From an uncultured delta proteobacterium (lineage in GTDB: Bacteria > Myxococcota_A > Polyangia > Polyangiales > Polyangiaceae): a stretch of DNA of 32,000 bases. A model generated the notes under the pieces. The model had not been told where the DNA came from. It did not search any database and saw only the letters and a program-made list of their open reading frames with translations. Each line of letters begins with the position of its first letter. Within the stretch, counting starts at the first letter, position 1. The position numbers and the translations under genes were made by a program. Positions 1-5,798 of this stretch are shown here, one piece after another. The DNA lies in the NCBI GenBank assembly GCA_963811985.1, contig CAWEUH010000037.1:46686-78685 (forward strand). Reading direction: 5' to 3'.

Positions 1-984
1 GACGTGCACTTGAAGGTGGGCCAACCCCCGGGCGCACGGGTGCGCGGCAGCCTTGTCTATTTCCGACTCGATCGACTAACTCCCGAGGCGACCGCTGCCG
101 TGACCCTGCTGTTGCTTCGCGGGCGCGACGCTGCGCGCAACATCGATACGATTAGCGAATTCGACTGTTCCTACGAGGTACCGGGACTGGCTCGCTTTCG
201 CGTCAATATCTATCGCCAGCGCGGCTCGCTCGCCATCGTGCTGCGCATCATTCCCTTCAAGATCCCGAGCATCGACGAGTTACAATTGCCTCCCGTGTGC
301 CGGGCGCTTGCCGAAAAGGATCGCGGGCTTGTGCTTTGCGTGGGCGCCGCGGGCAATGGCAAGAGCACGACGCTTGCTGCCATGATCGATCACATGAACC
401 ACACGCTGTCGCGGCACGTCGTTACCGTCGAAGATCCAATCGAGTACCTGTACGAAGACGATCGTTGCTCGGTCAGTCAGCGCGAAATCGGCATTGACAC
501 GTCGAGTTTCGCCAATGCTCTGCGCGCCGTATTGCGCCAAGATCCCGACGTCATCCAAGTGGGCGAGATCCGAGATAGCGAAAGCATGGACATCGCGCTC
601 AAGGCCGCTGAGACAGGTCATTTGGTCTTGACGACACTGCATACCCCGGATGTCACGCGTACCATGAACCGCATCATGGCCCTGTCCGAAGGCAGCAGCG
701 ACGACATCCGCGAACGGCTAGGGGACGCGATTCAAGGCATCGTTGCTCAGCGGCTGCTGCCGCGTGCCGGCGGTACCGGCGTGGTTCTGGCCACGGAAAT
801 CCTGGTCGGTACCGGCAGTGTGCGCGAGAGCATCAAGCGGCCACAAGGCAATCCATCGCTCAAAGAGCTCATGGAACAGGGTGCCAGCATGTACGGCATG
901 CACACGTTCGAGATGAGTATCAAACAGCTCTTGCACGACGAAGTCGTCAACCGTGACACAGCGCGGCAATATCTCGGCTTCTGA
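1..984 (+). CDS. pilT: PilT/PilU-family type IV pilus retraction ATPase, 5' end cut by window edge
   Basis: The frame is open from the window start to TGA 982-984. Walker A is GAAGNGKSTT, the Asp box/Walker B is DPDVIQVGEIRD and the His box is LVLTTLHT. The sequence is colinear with PilT-type secretion ATPases, with roughly 25-30 N-terminal residues missing. The Walker A differs from the usual GPTGSGKST, so this may be a PilT paralogue. Confidence 0.85.
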   Translation, partial: DVHLKVGQPPGARVRGSLVYFRLDRLTPEATAAVTLLLLRGRDAARNIDTISEFDCSYEVPGLARFRVNIYRQRGSLAIVLRIIPFKIPSIDELQLPPVCRALAEKDRGLVLCVGAAGNGKSTTLAAMIDHMNHTLSRHVVTVEDPIEYLYEDDRCSVSQREIGIDTSSFANALRAVLRQDPDVIQVGEIRDSESMDIALKAAETGHLVLTTLHTPDVTRTMNRIMALSEGSSDDIRERLGDAIQGIVAQRLLPRAGGTGVVLATEILVGTGSVRESIKRPQGNPSLKELMEQGASMYGMHTFEMSIKQLLHDEVVNRDTARQYLGF

Positions 985-1086
985 TCCTGTATCCGAGCCA
1001 GAACCGGCAACCGAGTCGGAATCTGCATCAGAACCGGTACTGGAGACAGAATCTGAATCCGCAACTGAATCAGAGTCTGTCCCGGG
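985..1086. repeat. Phased hexamer tract: 17 consecutive NNCNGN units (consensus GAATCN) with six GANTC sites
   Basis: Read in hexamers from 985: tcctgt atccga gccaga accggc aaccga gtcgga atctgc atcaga accggt actgga gacaga atctga atccgc aactga atcaga gtctgt cccggg. Position 3 is C in 16/17 units and position 5 is G in 17/17. GANTC sites start at 1013, 1019, 1049, 1055, 1067 and 1073. An imperfect hairpin pairs 1045-1059 with 1067-1081 (13/15 bp). Confidence 0.8.
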
Positions 1087-1153
1087 GCTCTGACCCCACG
1101 CAACGACCAGTTTCCAACAACCTGGCTCGAGCGGCGCTGGCGAGCTAGATTCC

Positions 1154-2159
1154 GTGCCCGTGTCAGCCGACTCCTTCTTCCACGCTTGGACGCTCGCGGA
1201 AATCCGCGACTTGCACGATTTGCCATTGTTCGAGTTGCTCGATAAGGCGCGCCGCGTGTACCTGCAGCACAGCTCCGGTAAGGACCTGCAGCTCTGCACA
1301 TTGCTCAGTGTGAAGACCGGCGGCTGTCCGGAAGACTGCGGCTATTGCGCCCAATCGTCGAGGCATCACAAGAGCCCGGTCGAACCGCAGCGTTTGCTCG
1401 ACGTCGAAGCCGTGGTGGGTGCTGCACGGCAAGCCAGAGATCAATGGTGCCACGCGCTTTTGCATGGGCGCAGCCTGGCGCAGCGTCAAAGACGGCCCAG
1501 CCTTTGAGCGCGTGCTTGAGATGATCCGCGGCGTCAAGGCCCAGGGCCTCGAGGCTTGCGTCACGCTCGGCATGTTGACCGACGAACAGGCGAGGCGTCT
1601 CAAAGAGGCAGGCCTCGATTCGTACAATCACAACCTGGACTCGTCGCGCGAGTACTACCCGAAGGTCGTCTCGACGCACACGTACGACGACCGGCTCGAC
1701 ACGCTCAGAGCGGTGCGGCGCGCGGGAATTGGCGTCTGCTGCGGCGGCATCATCGGTATGGGTGAGAGCCTTGACGACCGCTGCAAGCTCTTGCTCGAGT
1801 TGAGTCAGCTCAATCCGCCGCCCGAGAGTGTGCCCATCAATAGCCTCGTCGCGATCCCGGGCACACCGTTGCAAGAGCGGCCGCCCGTCGATCCCATTGA
1901 TGTCGTGCGAATGATCGCGACGGCGCGCGTCGTGTTTCCGACGTCGCGCGTGCGGCTGGCTGCCGGGCGACAGGAACTGGGTCGCGAGGGGCAGATTCTT
2001 TGCCTGTACGCGGGCGCCAACAGCATCTTCTACGGCGATCAATTGCTGACCACGCCCAACCCTGAGCCTGGCAGCGACGTCGAACTACTGCGCGCGACGG
2101 GCTTGCAACCACTTGCGCCGAACTTGGGCGAAGCACCGATATCCGCCGCCACGGCTTAG
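1154..2159 (+). pseudogene. bioB: Biotin synthase BioB, interrupted by a +1 frameshift near 1434-1437 as assembled
   Basis: The radical-SAM motif [11 protein letters not shown] lies in frame 2 (1154 to about 1435). [29 protein letters not shown] and TTPNP lie in frame 3 (about 1437 to 2159). Deleting one nt around 1434-1436 gives [19 protein letters not shown], which matches E. coli [19 protein letters not shown] in length. Confidence 0.9.
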
Positions 2160-2163
2160 CCGA

Positions 2164-2217
2164 CGCAGGTGAAGAATCAGAATCCGCAACCGCAGCTGCA
2201 ACTGAGGTCGAACACGT
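2164..2217. repeat. Phased hexamer tract (9 units, NNCNGN) between the convergent bioB and FG-GAP stop codons
   Basis: G occurs every 6 nt at 2168, 2174 ... 2216 (9/9). C sits two nt upstream of it in 6/9 units. GAATC starts at 2174 and 2180. The tract shares GAATCCGCAAC with the 985-1086 tract and AATCAGAATCCG with 15428-15439. Confidence 0.65.
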
Positions 2218-2226
2218 CCTTGCGTG

Positions 2227-4170
2227 CTAAGGGACCGCATACGAGTTGAGCATCACGTCCACCGCTCCCAACCACGAGGTTACGGCGAGATCTGGCCTGC
2301 CGTCACCGTTCAAGTCGCCGACCGCGATCGATTCAGCATCGAACGGATAGTCGTGGTTCAAGTCCCCGAGCGCCACAGAGTTTATTGGATACGTGGATGG
2401 ATAATCCACTTCCGTCGCAAACGCGCCGCCTCCCTGGCCGAGCATCACACGAACGGAGGAGTCAGTGCCTACGTATTGGCCGTTGTTGGCAACCACGATG
2501 TCCAACTTGCCATCGCGGTTTACGTCCCCAACCGCAACCGACACTGGTGGGTGCTCGGCTGTGTAGTCCACTGGAGCCGCGAATTGTCCGTCGCCCGTGG
2601 CCAGCAGCACGCTGACCATGCCCGCCTCGGTCGTGGCCACGATGTCCGCCATGTTGTCGCCGTTCAAGTCAGCCGTTGCGATAGAGCTGACTCTGGACGC
2701 GATAGTTAATTTCAGCTCGCCGCCGTACGTCCCATCGCCGTTGCCCAGCAGTACGCTCACCGCGGGATTGGTCGCCGCCTGCACATCGTTCGCGGCTGCC
2801 ACAATATCCAACTTGCCGTCACTGTTGACGTCAGCGAGTGCCACCGAACCTGCCGCCAGACTAATCGCGTACTCCGCTTCGAGAGCAAATCCGTGGGCGG
2901 CTGTCCCGAGCAGCACGCTCACCGCGCCACTGTTCAAATCGACCTCGCCAGCTTTGACTATGTCAAGTATCCCGTCGCCATTGATATCAGCCACCGCTAC
3001 TGCACCGGTGCCGGACCCAGTGGCGGGATACCCGTGAGCAAAGGTCGCATCGCCCGTTCCGATCAACGTGCCCACCGACGTACCTGGTTCGGTCGAAAAT
3101 GCCAAGGCGATGTCTAGCGCGTTGTCACCGTTCAAGTCACCCAACGCAGCGGCAACCACGCTGGTGACAGTCCCATAGCTCATCTCGGTGGCAAACGTCC
3201 CGTCGCCTCGTCCAAACAATGCACCAACAACGTATTCGTCACCAGCGAACAGGATGTCCGAATTGCCGTCGCCGTTCAGGTCACCGAGCGCAAGCCAGCT
3301 CAAGTACCCAGCAGCCGTATACTCAACGGGTCCCGCGAATGTCCCGTTACCGGTTCCCATCAATACGCTGACTTGGTCTTGGTAGGCCGCAATGACTAGA
3401 TCCGGATTTCCATCGCCGTTGAGGTCACCTAACGCTGCCGGGGCGTCGGTGGGAATGTTGCTGCTCGCCGTCGATGACTGCTCGCCAAACGTCCCGTCGC
3501 CGTTCCCAAGTAGCACGCTCACCGAGTCTGACGAGACGTTCACCGTGACGATGTCCAGCTGGTGGTCACCGTTCAAATCGCCTAGTTTCACTCTTCGTGG
3601 TCCGCCGTCAGTCGCGTAGTCAACTTTACTGGCAAAGGTTGCGTCGCCATTTCCTAGTAGCACGCTGACCGAGTTCGAGTCTTGGTTCGCCGCAACGATG
3701 TCTAGCTTTCCGTCGCCGTTCAAGTCACCGATCTCTGCCGAATACGGTGTCTTGCCAACCGGATACTCCACTTTCGAATCGAAGGTTCCGTTGCACTTGC
3801 CTTTCAGGACAGCAACGGTACCGGTGTAGTTGTTCGCCGACACGATATCGAGCGATCCATCTCCGTCTACGTCACCCACCGCCACCGAAGCCGGGCCTGC
3901 CGGGCCGGTAAAGTCACTGTACGCTGGCGCTCCGGTGGCGTAGTCCGCACCTGCGGAAAACGTGCCCCTCCCATTGCCAAGCAATACGCTCACTGTGCCA
4001 TTGCCGCTGTTCGCGACCATGAAATCCAAGTTCCCGTCGCCGTGCCGAACACCGGCCTGTGCCTCATAGAGCGACCCGAGCGCCGTTTCAAACCGTAGCC
4101 GCGAGTTTCCCGCGACCGCGCCCCGCCCTTCCGCGGCGTTGAGCACGATACTACTGACAGCGCGGCGCAC
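2227..4170 (-). CDS. FG-GAP/VCBS repeat (beta-propeller) protein with a four-helix-bundle-protein fragment as its N-terminus; no signal peptide
   Basis: There are at least 9 units of the type GDLNGDGxxD(I/L)V...VSVLLGNGDGTF...Y. The first ~41 residues (RRAVSSIVLNAAEGRG..RLRFETALGSLYEAQ) carry the hallmark motif of the 23S rRNA IVS / four-helix-bundle family. The only in-frame start is GTG 4170, inside that motif. The frame stays open upstream to about 4425 without an ATG, GTG or TTG. Confidence 0.8.
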   Translation of the reverse strand: MRRAVSSIVLNAAEGRGAVAGNSRLRFETALGSLYEAQAGVRHGDGNLDFMVANSGNGTVSVLLGNGRGTFSAGADYATGAPAYSDFTGPAGPASVAVGDVDGDGSLDIVSANNYTGTVAVLKGKCNGTFDSKVEYPVGKTPYSAEIGDLNGDGKLDIVAANQDSNSVSVLLGNGDATFASKVDYATDGGPRRVKLGDLNGDHQLDIVTVNVSSDSVSVLLGNGDGTFGEQSSTASSNIPTDAPAALGDLNGDGNPDLVIAAYQDQVSVLMGTGNGTFAGPVEYTAAGYLSWLALGDLNGDGNSDILFAGDEYVVGALFGRGDGTFATEMSYGTVTSVVAAALGDLNGDNALDIALAFSTEPGTSVGTLIGTGDATFAHGYPATGSGTGAVAVADINGDGILDIVKAGEVDLNSGAVSVLLGTAAHGFALEAEYAISLAAGSVALADVNSDGKLDIVAAANDVQAATNPAVSVLLGNGDGTYGGELKLTIASRVSSIATADLNGDNMADIVATTEAGMVSVLLATGDGQFAAPVDYTAEHPPVSVAVGDVNRDGKLDIVVANNGQYVGTDSSVRVMLGQGGGAFATEVDYPSTYPINSVALGDLNHDYPFDAESIAVGDLNGDGRPDLAVTSWLGAVDVMLNSYAVP

Positions 4171-4261
4171 CTGCGAGGCCAGGTCGCGATCCTTACGCTG
4201 AACCGCTTGAACAAGCGGCCGCGCAAGCGTCGCGATTTCAAGAGCATGTTCGAGAATTGAT

Positions 4262-4309
4262 GTATCGTTCGGATTGCGCCAAGGGGGGCATGCACAATCC
4301 GAACGATAC
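4262..4309. repeat. Perfect 15-bp inverted repeat (stem-loop, 18-nt loop)
   Basis: GTATCGTTCGGATTG (4262-4276) and CAATCCGAACGATAC (4295-4309) are exact reverse complements. The loop is cgccaaggggggcatgca. No U-tract follows on either strand. Confidence 0.9.
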
Positions 4310-4372
4310 TCGAGTCGAACTGAAGTGCAAGCGCCAAGCGGCAGCCAGCAGTACCCGATGCAATTGCTCCAT

Positions 4373-4438
4373 AACGGAATCTGTCTCCGTAACAGAATCC
4401 GGATCTGACTCAGATCCCGATTCAGTCACTGAACACGG
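4373..4438. repeat. Phased hexamer tract (10-11 NNCNGN units) spanning the 3' end of the glycosyltransferase gene and the downstream spacer
   Basis: The units are aacgga atctgt ctccgt aacaga atccgg atctga ctcaga tcccga ttcagt cactga acacgg. Position 3 is C in 10/11 and position 5 is G in 11/11. GANTC sites start at 4377, 4395, 4407 and 4419. The tract contains CAGAATCCG and the palindrome ATCCGGAT. Confidence 0.75.
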
Positions 4439-5417
4439 AAATCCCCGCGTCCACTTCAGCCCACTTTGCGATATCGCCGGCCGGCGCTGCGAGCACAGGC
4501 ACACCGAGCGCGCGTGCCTCGCGGATCACTGTTGGCGCGCCTTCATCGCGCGAAGCGCTGACGACGAGATCGCTGGCGGCGATCCATTCAAGCACCCGCC
4601 GGCGCGGCAATTGACCAAAGAACAAGGCGCTCGGGAAACGCCGGCGCAGCCTTCGCAATTCGGGTCCGTCGCCGCACACCACCACCTTGGCGTCGGGCTG
4701 CCGAAGCGCCGCTTGCAGCGCGACGTCAACGCATTTAGACCGAATGAGCCTTGACACAATGACGACGAGCCGCTCGGAACCGACGCCCAGCTGACTGCGT
4801 AGCTGTGCCTTGTCCGGCAGCCGTGGTACGTCGATTGGACTGGGAGCGACGGCAATCGACATTTGGTGATCGGCGCCGAGCAGCTTGGTTAGACGGCGCG
4901 CGAGATCGTCGGACACACATCGAATCAATGGGCGAAGCGAGCGCAGGCGGTTGACGATCAAGCGCCGCGGCCACCCGGGCAGCGCTTCGAGCAAACGCAA
5001 ATCGCTGCCATGCACGACCCCTTCGAGGCAAGCTGGCACGCCGCTGCCGATCGGCCAGCAACCGGGGACAAGAAAATGCGCCACGCAGCGATCGAATGGA
5101 CCGAGCCTACGCAATGTCCAGCGTGCCGTCATGACCCACAAAACAGCACCCATCCAGTGATCCGGACGCCAGCGCGACCGGGCGAGCGCGCCGGGCGTGC
5201 CAAACGCCCCAAGATGCCGCAGCCCGATGACGCGCGCTGTGTCTTCGCGCCGCGTGCGCCGCGCTTTCGGAGCAATCACGGTGACGTCGTGCCCTTCGTC
5301 CAGTGCGCGGCGGACCTCGGTCTGTACGAAGTGTCCAGCGCAATCGTCGTTGTCGCTCGGGTACGATGTCGAAATGAATGCGACACGCTGCCGCCTGAGA
5401 TTGGGGCTTACACTCAC
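4422..5417 (-). CDS. Glycosyltransferase, GT4 (GT-B fold) family
   Basis: The C-terminal signature is SASRDEGAPTVIREARALGVPVLAAPAGD. The N-terminus is RVAFISTSYP..GHFV. GTG 5417 overlaps the upstream stop as GTGA, which suggests translational coupling. ATG 5441 is an alternative start. Confidence 0.75.
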   Translation of the reverse strand: MSVSPNLRRQRVAFISTSYPSDNDDCAGHFVQTEVRRALDEGHDVTVIAPKARRTRREDTARVIGLRHLGAFGTPGALARSRWRPDHWMGAVLWVMTARWTLRRLGPFDRCVAHFLVPGCWPIGSGVPACLEGVVHGSDLRLLEALPGWPRRLIVNRLRSLRPLIRCVSDDLARRLTKLLGADHQMSIAVAPSPIDVPRLPDKAQLRSQLGVGSERLVVIVSRLIRSKCVDVALQAALRQPDAKVVVCGDGPELRRLRRRFPSALFFGQLPRRRVLEWIAASDLVVSASRDEGAPTVIREARALGVPVLAAPAGDIAKWAEVDAGISVFSD

Positions 5418-5764
5418 GGTGGCAGTTGCTCGAGCCCGCATAACGTTTCGACGCCCAGTTCCTCGATAAGGCTGCCCAATCGCCTTAGATACTCGAAGCT
5501 AAAGATGCCGCCGTTGTGGCCATCGCCCCAGGTTAGGCCCAGCGCATAGTTTCCGACGCGCGTTATCTCGCGCAAATCGAGGTTCCCCCCCGAAACAAAG
5601 CGCGTCACTCCGTGGTGGCCTTGGCAAGTCGCGCAGGGGCAGTAGCCGCGCAGCACCCGATGCTCGATGCGATGGGTTTTTCCGTCGCTCCAAGTGATTT
5701 CAAAGACGCGCGCGCCATGCGGCGCTTTGATCTTGGTGGGCGAGAACGGCAGACTGTTGGCCAT
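5414..5764 (-). CDS. DUF971 (gamma-butyrobetaine hydroxylase-like N-terminal domain) protein
   Basis: LRGYCPCATCQG and VGNYALGLTWGDGHNGGIFSFEYLRRL match the DUF971 pattern. ATG 5764 was chosen, although the ORF is open up to 5839, close to the upstream gene's stop at 5799. Confidence 0.75.
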   Translation of the reverse strand: MANSLPFSPTKIKAPHGARVFEITWSDGKTHRIEHRVLRGYCPCATCQGHHGVTRFVSGGNLDLREITRVGNYALGLTWGDGHNGGIFSFEYLRRLGSLIEELGVETLCGLEQLPP

Positions 5765-5798
5765 TGCTTTTGTTCCAGGCGCGCCGGTGGGAGCCAGT

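Noticed and set aside
1305-2042. 245-aa ORF on the - strand, plus several other overlapping ORFs across 1163-2136
   Set aside because: They are antisense or out of frame relative to bioB, whose identity is clear. They are shadow ORFs.
3990-4048. The alternative-frame peptide ARRRELGF after the four-helix fragment, considered as the missing helix 4 (a frameshifted intact four-helix gene)
   Set aside because: That string is the +2-frame by-product of the FG-GAP GDGNLD codons. Its spacing from the GS-x-x-E motif is wrong, and the FG-GAP frame continues uninterrupted for more than 600 codons.
2227-4337. A diversity-generating retroelement, suggested by an Avd-like four-helix-bundle sequence next to a repeat protein
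   Set aside because: There is no reverse transcriptase ORF. No template/variable repeat pair with adenine-specific differences is visible, and there is no C-type-lectin or Ig-like variable C-terminus. The four-helix sequence is a start-less fragment.
4238-4754. ORFs 4238..4504(-) and 4257..4754(+), which translate the hexamer tract into acidic S/D/E/T-rich peptides
   Set aside because: Both mostly overlap the glycosyltransferase gene or the hairpin spacer. The acidic peptide appears on both strands simply because the GAATCN lattice is self-complementary. Neither has an SD or a family resemblance.
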